Assembly (NCBI GenBank): GCA_964386635.1
Contig: CAYLRO010000003.1
Location: 13,345 to 77,344 of the forward strand
Reading direction: 5' to 3'
Length of the DNA: 64,000 nt
Source: an uncultured bacterium
GTDB lineage: Bacteria; Fermentibacterota; Fermentibacteria; Fermentibacterales; JCC-6
Shown here: positions 45,487 to 54,833 of the stretch, piece after piece
Position numbering within the stretch: position 1 is the first letter of the stretch
How the letters are laid out: every line of letters starts with the position of its first letter
Notes under the pieces: generated by a model
Told to the model about the DNA's origin: nothing
Databases searched by the model: none
What the model saw: only the letters and a program-made list of their open reading frames with translations
Position numbers and translations under genes: made by a program

Positions 45487-48400
45487 ATGAAGAACGACAA
45501 AAAGTCAATTCCTGAGGGCAAGTTCGCACCGGAAGACTGGGAGTATCTTCTTCTTCAGATGGTAAATGACAGAAGCGGAGTGGATTTCGGAATGTACCGG
45601 ATGCCTACTTTCCGCAGGCGTTATCTGAAAAGAATGAAACTCATCGGTGCCGGTGATCTGCGCAGTTTCGTCAAAATGCTTGAAGACGACCCTTCTCAAC
45701 TGGATAATCTTGTAAAAGATCTTCTCATAGGAGTGACCTCCTTTTTTCGTGATCAACCGGCTTTCAGGGTTTTCAGGGATTCTGCTGTAAAACAGCTGTT
45801 TAAAAGAACTGACAATGCAAACATAAGGTGCTGGGTTGCAGGGTGTTCAAATGGTATGGAAGCTTACTCAATAGCCATCCTCATGCAATCTGCTTCTGAG
45901 AAACTCGGAGGCAGCTACACCATTTTTGCTACAGATGTAAGCAGACCGGCAATAGTGGAAGCTTCTAAAGGCATATACACTTCCGAACAGTATGAGACCG
46001 TACCGGCTGAGTACAGGAAGTATTTCTCTGAATCAGGGAACAGTTTCAAGATTAAAAGGGAAATCAGAGCCAACATGGTCTTCAGTCACCACGATATTCT
46101 TTCAGATCCGCCTTTTGCCAATATGGATATCGTAAGTTGCAGAAACATGATGATCTATCTGAAGCAGAAGGCTCAGGATGTTGTGCTGGGCAGACTCAAT
46201 TACAGCCTGTCTGTTGGAGGTTTCCTTTTCCTGGGAAGCGGGGAAACTCCAGGCAGGCATAATGAGAACCTTGAAACGGTAGATTCCAGATGGCGTATTT
46301 TCAGAAAAACCTCTGAAACGGTGATCTCCGTGGAGATGTTTCCCTTTGAGAAGCAGCAGGATGACGCGTTCTCTGTTTTTGGTGTAACAGACGGGCTGAG
46401 AGAGAACGAGGATGAGCTCAGAGTCAGGAGCAGAACATTCACATCCTGTCTTGAGGAAAGATTTTTCCCTGACTGTGTTTTCATTGATGAGGATTATCGT
46501 ATTCTTTTTATCCACGGTGACATGAATGCTTACCTTTCCATTCCTTCAGGTATTCCAGGGGGAAGTCTGCTGCAGATGCTGCCGGGACAGCTGAAATCCG
46601 CCATAAGAGCTGGAGTGCGGAGAGCGAAGGGCAGATTCAGACGAATTCAGTGTGACACCGGCAGCGAAACAACAATTTATGTAAGCTGCATCTCTCCGCT
46701 TGAGATGAGCGGCGTCTTTCTCATTGAATTTATCAGAAGTGATCCGGATACCGGTGAAAGCATTGCCAGGATAGAATGTTCAGAGTCTGATATCTCAATC
46801 CTTGAAGAACAGATAGCTTTGCTTGAAAGCGATCTTGCAACAACCAGGCGTGAGTTGAGAAGCAGATCCGGAGAACTTCAGGCATCCAATGAAGAGCTGC
46901 AGACCTCAAATGAAGAAATAAGAAGTGCCAACGAAGAGCTGATTTCGTCCAACGAGGAGCTGCTTGCTTCAAACGAAGAGCTGCAGAAAGTGAATCGACA
47001 GCTTACAGTTATCTCAGACGACATGAAGAACCTTCATAAAAGCATGGATGTGGGATCACTCTTCCTGGACAACGATTTCAGGATCAGGCGTTTCAATCCA
47101 ATGGTTTCAAGGTTTTTTAAAATAACCAGGAGAGATATCGGACGCAGCATTACTGACTTCAACACAATGATCGAGAGAAGCTCTCTCGAAACACTTCTGG
47201 AGACAGTAAGGAACGTTTCCTCCTCCGGGGATGCAATAGAGATATCTCTCACAACCGAAATACCCGGTTTCTGGCTGGCAAAGGTATCACCGTACAGATC
47301 TTCTGAGGGCGTTGTTCAGGGAACGGTGATAACATTTGTAGATGTTACCGTTCTCAGGGAGGGTGAGCTCTCACTTGCCAGAAGCGAGAGGAAGTTCAGA
47401 GGACTGTTCAACGGTTTTCCCATGGGAGCTCTTCTTGTTTCTCACGAGGAAGGTTCGGAAACCTTTGAGATACTTGATAGAAACCCTGCATTCCAGCTTC
47501 TCTGCGCCAGGAGCGCAGACCTTAGCTCAAACAGGGATTTTGCAAGAGGAATTGTGCAGGAAACAGCACTATTCGAGTTTACACACCTGAACAGGGATTA
47601 CCGTTGCCAGGTTTTTAAAACAGCTGACTTTGCCCAGTCTCTCTGCGTAACAGTGAGAGATGTTTCAGAAATGAACAGAGCTGCAGATGAAAAGGCGAAG
47701 CTGGAGAAGCGACTTCACGAGGCACAACTGCTTGCAGGTATGGGCCTCTGGGAGTACAACAGAACAGAAAGAACGCTGCGGTTGTCAGAGGAAGCGGCAG
47801 AACTGTTCGGTATGGATTCCGGGGGACCGCTGCCACTGGAGGAGTTCAACAGTCGGATCAATGACTTTAAAGAATTCTTAGCCAGTACAAGAGAATCTCT
47901 TAAGAAAACAGGTACCTATTCAGGAACAGTGTCAGGTCTGGATATGGGTACTACCGGAAGACGATACTTCAAAGTGAGTTGCTATATCCTGACTGAGGAC
48001 AAGGGAAATACTGTGTACGGGTATGCTCTTGATGTCACCTCCGAGGTTCTGGGTGAAAGAATTCTTAAACAGGCCAATGAGAAACTCGCAGAAACCCAGC
48101 GGATCGCCCGAATCGGGCTTATTGAAATGGAATGGAACAGCAGCTGCACCATGCATAGAGAAAGATTTTCCTCCTCAGCCATTCAGGTTCTTAAGCTGAA
48201 GGAAGGAGATCAGGCGGATATTTTCTCAAGTTGTATGGAGGAGGATCTTGCCTTCTCAGTGGTGCAGAAACTCAGAAAATGTGCCTGTGGAGATCAGCAG
48301 CTTTCTCTGGATATTCCCATGAAGAACGGGGAAGGAGAGAATGTTTTCATTCAGATAATTGCAAGGCTGAAGGAAACAGAGGAGGATAGAAAGGTTCTCA

Positions 48401-49536
48401 CTCTGGTAATAATGGACATAACACGAAGACACCAGCTGGAGAACGAGCTGAAACATTCTGAGAAGCTCAGATCTGTTGGAGAGCTTGCAGGTGGAATCGC
48501 CCACGATTTCAACAATCAGCTTATGGGTATTGTGGGATTCGCCGAGTGTCTTCGTCAGGAGGGCACTTCTCCTGAGGGTCTTGAGTATGTAAAGGGAATT
48601 CTGGGTTCAGCGGAGAGAGCCGGTGCTCTTGTCAGGCAGCTTCTGGCTTTCAGCAGGAAGGGTCTTTCACACATAGCCCCGTTTGACCTTCATCACCAGA
48701 TAGATGAGGTCATTACTCTTCTCAAACGAAGCATTGATCGAAGAGTCGAGATCAGAAGAGATTTCCGAGCCTCAAATGCCATGATTCTGGGTGATGCCTC
48801 CGAGATGAACAATGCCATTCTCAATCTGGCTCTTAATGCCAGAGATGCAATTAACGGAAGCGGTGAGATGATTTTTTATACCGGTGACAGGCAGGACGGC
48901 TATATGGAGTTTTCACTGACTGATACCGGTAAAGGCATGACGCCTGACTTGATGGCAAAGGTCTTTGAACCTTTTTTTACCACCAAGACGCTGGGCAATG
49001 GAACGGGCATGGGGCTGCCAGCTGTATACGGCACTGTTGAAGCCCACAATGGAACGATTGACATGACTTCCACTCCCGGTGAGGGAACCAGAGTTACTAT
49101 CTCTCTTCCTGTAACAACCCGCAAAGCTCATGAAAACGATTTGGAGTTGATCACTGACAATATCCCAATGGAAGGGAAAGTTCTTCTGGTTGATGATGAG
49201 GAGATTGTCAGATCAGTTCTCTCTAAACTTGTGGAATCTCTGGGATTTGAAGTAGTCACTGCATCAGATGGTGTTCAGGCAGTTGATATTTTCAGGGAGC
49301 ACAGAAACTCCATTAAGCTTGTTCTCATGGATATGACCATGCCCAGAAAGAACGGAATGGATGCCTTCATTGAAATGAGAGCAATGGATCCTTATGTCAA
49401 AGTGATAATACTTTCCGGTCACAGTGCTGAAAGCACTTCCAACGAAATGATCGGCCTTGGGGTTTGCAAAGTTCTTCAGAAACCCGTTATGCTGTCAGTT
49501 CTTTCCGATGCCATCAGAGAAACCGCGTTCAGCTGA
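45487..49536 (+). CDS. Multidomain hybrid sensor: CheR-type methyltransferase + PAS domains + histidine kinase + receiver
   Basis: The N-terminus is CheR-like (FFRDQPAFRVF...CWVAGCSNGMEAYSIAILM). Heptad repeats of the form SNEELQT/SNEEIRS/ANEELIS/SNEELLA/SNEELQK follow. PAS-like segments, HisKA (AGGIAHDFNNQL), HATPase_c, and a C-terminal REC domain (LLVDDEEIVR...LVLMDMTMP) complete the protein. Confidence 0.85.
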   Translation: MKNDKKSIPEGKFAPEDWEYLLLQMVNDRSGVDFGMYRMPTFRRRYLKRMKLIGAGDLRSFVKMLEDDPSQLDNLVKDLLIGVTSFFRDQPAFRVFRDSAVKQLFKRTDNANIRCWVAGCSNGMEAYSIAILMQSASEKLGGSYTIFATDVSRPAIVEASKGIYTSEQYETVPAEYRKYFSESGNSFKIKREIRANMVFSHHDILSDPPFANMDIVSCRNMMIYLKQKAQDVVLGRLNYSLSVGGFLFLGSGETPGRHNENLETVDSRWRIFRKTSETVISVEMFPFEKQQDDAFSVFGVTDGLRENEDELRVRSRTFTSCLEERFFPDCVFIDEDYRILFIHGDMNAYLSIPSGIPGGSLLQMLPGQLKSAIRAGVRRAKGRFRRIQCDTGSETTIYVSCISPLEMSGVFLIEFIRSDPDTGESIARIECSESDISILEEQIALLESDLATTRRELRSRSGELQASNEELQTSNEEIRSANEELISSNEELLASNEELQKVNRQLTVISDDMKNLHKSMDVGSLFLDNDFRIRRFNPMVSRFFKITRRDIGRSITDFNTMIERSSLETLLETVRNVSSSGDAIEISLTTEIPGFWLAKVSPYRSSEGVVQGTVITFVDVTVLREGELSLARSERKFRGLFNGFPMGALLVSHEEGSETFEILDRNPAFQLLCARSADLSSNRDFARGIVQETALFEFTHLNRDYRCQVFKTADFAQSLCVTVRDVSEMNRAADEKAKLEKRLHEAQLLAGMGLWEYNRTERTLRLSEEAAELFGMDSGGPLPLEEFNSRINDFKEFLASTRESLKKTGTYSGTVSGLDMGTTGRRYFKVSCYILTEDKGNTVYGYALDVTSEVLGERILKQANEKLAETQRIARIGLIEMEWNSSCTMHRERFSSSAIQVLKLKEGDQADIFSSCMEEDLAFSVVQKLRKCACGDQQLSLDIPMKNGEGENVFIQIIARLKETEEDRKVLTLVIMDITRRHQLENELKHSEKLRSVGELAGGIAHDFNNQLMGIVGFAECLRQEGTSPEGLEYVKGILGSAERAGALVRQLLAFSRKGLSHIAPFDLHHQIDEVITLLKRSIDRRVEIRRDFRASNAMILGDASEMNNAILNLALNARDAINGSGEMIFYTGDRQDGYMEFSLTDTGKGMTPDLMAKVFEPFFTTKTLGNGTGMGLPAVYGTVEAHNGTIDMTSTPGEGTRVTISLPVTTRKAHENDLELITDNIPMEGKVLLVDDEEIVRSVLSKLVESLGFEVVTASDGVQAVDIFREHRNSIKLVLMDMTMPRKNGMDAFIEMRAMDPYVKVIILSGHSAESTSNEMIGLGVCKVLQKPVMLSVLSDAIRETAFS

Positions 49537-50619
49537 TCAGATAACCAGCTTTTCGGTGTACTTGTTATTCATCAGTCTTATGAGAGCTGAGTAACTGATC
49601 TTGAATCTCATGAAATCTCCCACATTCAGATTGGAGTCGGCGCTTCCAACGTTGAGAACTGTGAGATCGCTGCTTGCTCCTGCAATTTCATACTCACTGT
49701 TTACCGGGGTGAGCCCTGCTATGTTGGTGTCCAGCTCTCCTATAGTAACAACTGCCCTGTAGCCCCTTTCACCAGGTGCATACTGCTTCTGTTCACCGGG
49801 AGAGTTTGAGTTGAAGGGCTGGAGTTCATCGTGTATCTCGCCGGTGGGAGCCAGATTCTTCTTTTTTATCTCAACAACTCCAGCTTCCAGAATGAATCCG
49901 TCATCACGGAGTCCTGCAAGGATCCCGCCATTTATAAGGTCGTTACCCAGAAGGATGGATTCACCTATCCTGAAGTGGTTAACCTGTCTGGGCACCAGAC
50001 CCTGAATGAGGAAGGGGAGGCTTGCGCTGGACCCTGCGGATAACAGCGGTATCTTCCTGTTGAATTTCAGCTCGAGAAGTTCCTTGTAAAGAACCAGCTG
50101 CATAAGCTGGTCCATTCCCGGTACAGTTCCCGAGAGGCAGCCCAGGTTGGTTCCAATTCCTATGATCTTGATGTTATTGAGATTAAAAACGTCATTGTAC
50201 ATCTCAACAAGTGTACCGGGAAGAATGCCCTCGCGAAGGTCTCCAAGTTCTATCATAAGGAGAATCCCGTGCTTGACTCCTGCTTTCTCGGCTACCTTGT
50301 TTATCTCCTTCACTGTTCCCAGTTCTGTGTTCAGAGATACGTCAGAGTACCTGACTACATCATTGAGCTCATCCGGATGAGGAGGTTTCAGGTACCATCT
50401 CTCAGCTTCCACGCCGGATTTTGATATTGCTATCAGGTTTTCCAGTCTGGAGTCGGCAATTGATTTAATGCCTCCATCCACCAGGCTCTTAACCGCTTCT
50501 GTATGACCGCAGAGAGCTTTTACAACCACTGTAAGCGAGCTGTCGTGCATTCCGATAAGTCTTTTTATGTAGCCGAAGTTGTGAAGAATGGCCTCTGTGT
50601 TTATCAGAAGTCTATTCAT
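49537..50619 (-). CDS. Alanine-racemase-N-terminal-domain (PLP, fold type III) protein, predicted amino-acid racemase
   Basis: The N-terminus INTEAILHNFGYIKRL...VVKALCGHTEAV resembles the alanine racemase PLP-Lys region. Confidence 0.55.
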   Translation of the reverse strand: MNRLLINTEAILHNFGYIKRLIGMHDSSLTVVVKALCGHTEAVKSLVDGGIKSIADSRLENLIAISKSGVEAERWYLKPPHPDELNDVVRYSDVSLNTELGTVKEINKVAEKAGVKHGILLMIELGDLREGILPGTLVEMYNDVFNLNNIKIIGIGTNLGCLSGTVPGMDQLMQLVLYKELLELKFNRKIPLLSAGSSASLPFLIQGLVPRQVNHFRIGESILLGNDLINGGILAGLRDDGFILEAGVVEIKKKNLAPTGEIHDELQPFNSNSPGEQKQYAPGERGYRAVVTIGELDTNIAGLTPVNSEYEIAGASSDLTVLNVGSADSNLNVGDFMRFKISYSALIRLMNNKYTEKLVI

Positions 50620-51079
50620 TGGAGTACCTCATGTCAGCGTATTTGGACTTGAAGCCCATACGCTGGTAAAGGTGTTTTGCCGGATTATCGTATTCCACAT
50701 GGAGTTTCACATCTCCATTGCACAGTTTCAGTGCTTTTTTCAGCAACTTTGTTCCTGTTCCCCTGCCCCGTCTGTTGCTGTCAACAGCAATGTACAGAAG
50801 AAGATTCTCCGGCACATAACCGGACATGTTGGTTTTCAGCATTACAAGAATTCCTGCAATTTCATTTTCTTCCATGGCAGCAAGGATGAATCCTCCACGG
50901 TTTCCGCTTCTGTCCATTGCGTAGTTTATGCCGCTTAGTATGTCAGGGATGGTATCCTCGAACGGAATAAGCATCTCATGGAGTTTTTCTGCGAAATCAT
51001 CCGGTGTTGCAATCTTCTCAAGTTCTGTAACGGAGTTTATGGTCTCGATCGATATCATCGTATACACGTCCTTCTGCAT
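50612..51079 (-). CDS. GNAT family N-acetyltransferase
   Basis: The protein has an acetyl-CoA-binding motif (NRRGRGTGTKLLKKALK) and is 155 aa long. It overlaps the downstream gene by 8 nt. Confidence 0.8.
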   Translation of the reverse strand: MQKDVYTMISIETINSVTELEKIATPDDFAEKLHEMLIPFEDTIPDILSGINYAMDRSGNRGGFILAAMEENEIAGILVMLKTNMSGYVPENLLLYIAVDSNRRGRGTGTKLLKKALKLCNGDVKLHVEYDNPAKHLYQRMGFKSKYADMRYSNE

Positions 51080-51094
51080 TCATTTGTAAGCCGT

Positions 51095-51122
51095 AATATA
51101 TTAGTCTATTACGATAAGTCAA
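51095..51122 (-). promoter_or_regulatory. Putative sigma70 promoter for the GNAT-racemase operon (minus strand TTGACT-16-TATATT) within an AT-rich island
   Basis: On the minus strand, TTGACT is the reverse complement of 51117-51122 and TATATT the reverse complement of 51095-51100. The ATG lies 15 nt downstream. Confidence 0.3.
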
Positions 51123-51251
51123 CAGAATAAGTAATATATGTAATTATATAACAGAAGAAAATAAAAATTCTTTACATAATGTTGTCAATTATATTATAAT
51201 GATATACTACACGCTTAAGTGTATTTATTATCCAGATAGTATAGTCTGATA

Positions 51252-51926
51252 TCAGCCATTAGTAAGCATGTCTGCTACAGCTTTGATATGATGGGAAGGC
51301 GTAACCACATAAACAGTGTCCGCTTCTTCCAGTTCAGTGTCTCCTCTGGGAACAACGAATGCTTCAGTGCCTACTCTGTAAATCCCTGCAAGGATTGCTT
51401 CCCGAGGGAAATTCCTTCGTCCGGCCAGCTGGGTTACGGTTTTTCCCACAGCCCAGGCTTTGTGATCCACAACCACCGCGTACATCTCTGCAGCTCCTCC
51501 GGCCAGGCTCATAACTCTCTTTACCCGCGGCTGTTCAATTTCGGTCATGACCTGGTTTATAAGAAGGTCTGCCACTCTCAACACACTGCTTACACCGCTT
51601 AGTTTGTATGCATCGGCGTATCCGGGATTCCGCATTCTGGCAAGTATTCTCTTCACACCCATACTCCTGGCAATAATCGCCGACGCAATGTTGTCTGCAT
51701 CACTTCGCATAAGGCATACAAGAACATCAGCTTTTCTGATTCCCGCATCTTCAAGTATCTCCAGATGTGTGGCGTTGCCGTTCACAGATTCAATGCCTGT
51801 TTCCGAGTAAAGCATTCTGCACACATCGTGGTCCTTGTCGATCACAACAACGTCGTGCCGATTACCCATAAGCTGAGAGGAAACTTTTCTGCCTACTGTT
51901 CCTGCACCTGCCACAATGATGAACAT
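51252..51926 (-). CDS. trkA: Trk/Ktr potassium uptake NAD-binding subunit
   Basis: The N-terminus MFIIVAGAGTVGRKV is a Rossmann motif. Two RCK-like halves are present in the 224-aa protein. Confidence 0.85.
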   Translation of the reverse strand: MFIIVAGAGTVGRKVSSQLMGNRHDVVVIDKDHDVCRMLYSETGIESVNGNATHLEILEDAGIRKADVLVCLMRSDADNIASAIIARSMGVKRILARMRNPGYADAYKLSGVSSVLRVADLLINQVMTEIEQPRVKRVMSLAGGAAEMYAVVVDHKAWAVGKTVTQLAGRRNFPREAILAGIYRVGTEAFVVPRGDTELEEADTVYVVTPSHHIKAVADMLTNG

Positions 51927-51928
51927 TT

Positions 51929-53392
51929 TTACCTCCAGGCCTTTCTACTGAAGAGAAGCATAAGTGGAAGGATCTCCAGTCTTCCTGCCAGCATACCGGC
52001 AATGTAAGTTATTTTTACTCCCCAGTGCAGTTCCATCAACTGATCCTGAGTCATGAAACAGGGGCCTATGTTACCAAGAGCGCTGAACATACCGCTTGCT
52101 GCTGTGATTGCATCCATTTCCGGAGCAAGGAGGGAAGTGATCAGGGTGCCTGCTGCAAGAAAGATCAGCCAGAGGAAGAGAATGGTAACAATTCTTCCAA
52201 GTTCGCTCCTTCCCAGAAGTGTTCCCTGGAATCTTGTACCGGTAATGGCCCGGTCAGCTCTGAAGATCTTTTTTACCTCATTTGAGGCAACCTTGATAAG
52301 GATTGATATCCGCAGTACCTTGAATCCGCCTGCCGTGGACCCTGCACATCCCCCTATCACCATCATTATAAGAAACATCTGCCTGGCAGCCGGTCCGAAA
52401 AAAGGGCTGTACAGGTTTTCTGTTCCGAAACCGGTTGTTGTTGTAATGGATGCAACCTGAAACAGATCCTTCCTGAAAATGCTTTCTATTGAACCTGCCT
52501 GAATCCTTCCGGTAATTAGCTGCTCTGCAAAGATCACCACTACAAATCCAGCAATAAGAAACCACCAGAGTTTGACCTCGGATCCGTTCCACAAAGGCTT
52601 TAACCCTCTGGATTGAAACACCCTGTAATGAACAAGAAAACTGGTGCCTCCGGCAATCATACCTGCTGCAATGATGTACTCAATAAGTATGAAGTTTCCC
52701 GTTCCAGTTGCTGCGTACCAGCCTATCGAGCTGTCATGAGGGCTGAAGCCGCCTGTGGCTATAGTTGTCATTCCGTGATTGATGCTGTCGAAGAGACTCA
52801 TCCCGGACAGGTTCAGCCCCAGCGCTACAGCAGCTGTTAACAAAAAATAAATAGACCATAATACCTTTACAGTGTGGACAAGTCCCGGAACAGGCCTTCC
52901 TGAAGATATCTTGTGACTCTCGGCCACCATGAGTCTGTGAGCGCCGGGAACCTGGGATGCCACAGCCAGAAAGAATGTGAGGATACCCAGGCCTCCAACC
53001 CACTCGGTGATGCTTCGCCAGAGGATGATTGACCAGGGCATACTGTCCAGGCCATTGAACATGGTAATACCTGTTGTGGTAAAACCGCTCATTGTCTCGA
53101 AAAAACAGTCCAACCATCCGTATCCGGTTACAAGAAAAAAAGGAATTGCTCCTGCCAGGGAGATGACAACCCAGGAAAAAGTGCAGATAAGCATTGCCTG
53201 TGCATTTGATGGCGGTCGTTTGTCCCGAAGGAAATACAGCAGCAAACCGACAACTGTTGATCCAACTGCTGTGAAAAAAAACGGGCCAATGCACTGGTAT
53301 TCATGCTTTAGCATGGCCAGTGCCAGTGGAAACAGCAGTATTGGTCCCAGAATAAGGAGAATTCTCCCGATGAATCCAGTTATAATTCTCAT
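51929..53392 (-). CDS. trkH: Trk/Ktr potassium transporter membrane subunit
   Basis: The 487-aa polytopic protein has TrkH/KtrB-type pore-loop repeats with Gly residues. Confidence 0.85.
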   Translation of the reverse strand: MRIITGFIGRILLILGPILLFPLALAMLKHEYQCIGPFFFTAVGSTVVGLLLYFLRDKRPPSNAQAMLICTFSWVVISLAGAIPFFLVTGYGWLDCFFETMSGFTTTGITMFNGLDSMPWSIILWRSITEWVGGLGILTFFLAVASQVPGAHRLMVAESHKISSGRPVPGLVHTVKVLWSIYFLLTAAVALGLNLSGMSLFDSINHGMTTIATGGFSPHDSSIGWYAATGTGNFILIEYIIAAGMIAGGTSFLVHYRVFQSRGLKPLWNGSEVKLWWFLIAGFVVVIFAEQLITGRIQAGSIESIFRKDLFQVASITTTTGFGTENLYSPFFGPAARQMFLIMMVIGGCAGSTAGGFKVLRISILIKVASNEVKKIFRADRAITGTRFQGTLLGRSELGRIVTILFLWLIFLAAGTLITSLLAPEMDAITAASGMFSALGNIGPCFMTQDQLMELHWGVKITYIAGMLAGRLEILPLMLLFSRKAWR

Positions 53393-53487
53393 GCCCTGTT
53401 ATGCAAAATGCGCAAAAAAAAAGAAAGTGTAACATTTCATCCATTAGCTCTGTCCTTTTTCTGTAAACAAACAGAAAGGAATAAGAA

Positions 53488-53886
53488 ATGGGCAGTCTGA
53501 TACCAATCGTGGCCATCACTTCATCCATAGGCATCCCGGCAGTTGTGATAATCATTCTTGTGTACCTCAGTCACAGGAAGAAGCTCGCAAGAATTGATCT
53601 GATCGAGAAGGCTTTGAAAACCGATACTCCTCCCGATGTTCTTGAACAGCTTATTCAGACCATCAATGAAGACGAACGGAAAAAATCAGCACCGCCGAAG
53701 GAAAGGAATCTTATTCATGCTACACTACTGCTGGCTCTTGGAATAAGTTTCTTTGCTCTGAGATTCATCCTTGGCGGAACAGACGTGCAGGGACTTCTTG
53801 CCACAGGAGCCATTCTTTTCATGCTGGGTCTTGCAAAGCTGGTGATTGCATTCCTGATTATCGGAAAAACCTCTGAGAAGCCGTGA
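53488..53886 (+). CDS. Small hypothetical membrane protein upstream of ECF sigma
   Basis: The protein has an N-terminal TM helix, a charged linker, and two C-terminal TM helices. It overlaps the sigma gene by 4 nt. Confidence 0.5.
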   Translation: MGSLIPIVAITSSIGIPAVVIIILVYLSHRKKLARIDLIEKALKTDTPPDVLEQLIQTINEDERKKSAPPKERNLIHATLLLALGISFFALRFILGGTDVQGLLATGAILFMLGLAKLVIAFLIIGKTSEKP

Positions 53887-54431
53887 GAGAAGAAGACGGT
53901 AAGCTTGTGGAAGCAGCAATGAAAGGTAACCGTGACGCCTATGGTATGCTGGTGAGGAACTATACGGGTTTCGTATACAGTATGGCCTATAGAATGACCG
54001 GGGATCACCACCACGCTGAGGATATCTGCCAGGACGTGTTTCTTAAAGGATGGCTGAAGTTGAGCAACTTGAAGGAATTAAAGGCATTTCCCGGATGGAT
54101 ATCTACTATAGCAAGACGAACCTGCCTGAATGCCATGGAGAAGAAGAACCGCAAAATGGAACTGGGAGAGGAGGAGGCAGTGCTTGTGAACCTTAATCCC
54201 ACAATGCCCTCCTCCTGGGACCAGTCAAGGTGTATCCTGGAAAAAGCCATTGCCAAACTTGCCCCGCAGGAAAGGGAACTGATTACCCTTTGCTATTTCC
54301 AGGAATTGAATTCAGCTGAGGTTGCTGAGGTGATGGGTATTCCTCCTGGAACTATCAGGGTTTATCTTCACAGAGCAAGATTGAAACTGAAAGACCTGCT
54401 GGAGGGGAGTAAAGATGAACTCCTGGGGTAA
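53883..54431 (+). CDS. ECF-type sigma-70 family RNA polymerase sigma factor
   Basis: Region 2 is FVYSMAYRMTGDHHHAEDICQDVFLKGW. Region 4 HTH is ELITLCYFQELNSAEVAEVMGIPPGTIRVYLHRAR. Confidence 0.9.
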   Translation: MREEDGKLVEAAMKGNRDAYGMLVRNYTGFVYSMAYRMTGDHHHAEDICQDVFLKGWLKLSNLKELKAFPGWISTIARRTCLNAMEKKNRKMELGEEEAVLVNLNPTMPSSWDQSRCILEKAIAKLAPQERELITLCYFQELNSAEVAEVMGIPPGTIRVYLHRARLKLKDLLEGSKDELLG

Positions 54432-54789
54432 TGACAAACTTGAGAAGCGCATTGATGAACTGCTTTCATCCAGTGTGTGTACAGGAGCAGAACCATCGGG
54501 TTTCAGAGTAAGTCTGATTCCGCTGCGGCCTGCATTCCCATGGTATAAAGTCGCCTATGTTCTTATTGCAGCAGTAGTGCTGGGTTTCTTCATGGTTCAG
54601 TGGTTCCAGATGCAGAAACTGGAGACAGGCAACTACGATTCAATATTTACAGCGGAATCAGTATCCGGCCTTTTCTCAGGAATAAATTCCAGTGAACTGG
54701 TTTCCATTGTGGCTATTGTAATAGGTCTTGGCGGCACACTTGTAGCTTTTCTCTCTGAAAGAAACAGGGTCTTGCACCGTATGCTATAA
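54415..54789 (+). CDS. Putative membrane-anchored anti-sigma factor (hypothetical)
   Basis: The assignment rests on position immediately downstream of the ECF sigma gene with a 17-nt overlap, and on the TM helices. It is an inference from position. Confidence 0.45.
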   Translation: MNSWGNDKLEKRIDELLSSSVCTGAEPSGFRVSLIPLRPAFPWYKVAYVLIAAVVLGFFMVQWFQMQKLETGNYDSIFTAESVSGLFSGINSSELVSIVAIVIGLGGTLVAFLSERNRVLHRML

Positions 54790-54833
54790 TTGCATACACA
54801 GCATTTGAAACCAAGTTTCAACAGGGAGTATCT

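Noticed and set aside
53393-53487. c-di-AMP (ydaO) or other K+-related riboswitch upstream of trkH/trkA
   Set aside because: The leader is only about 95 nt and shows no recognisable conserved riboswitch core. It is too short for a ydaO element.
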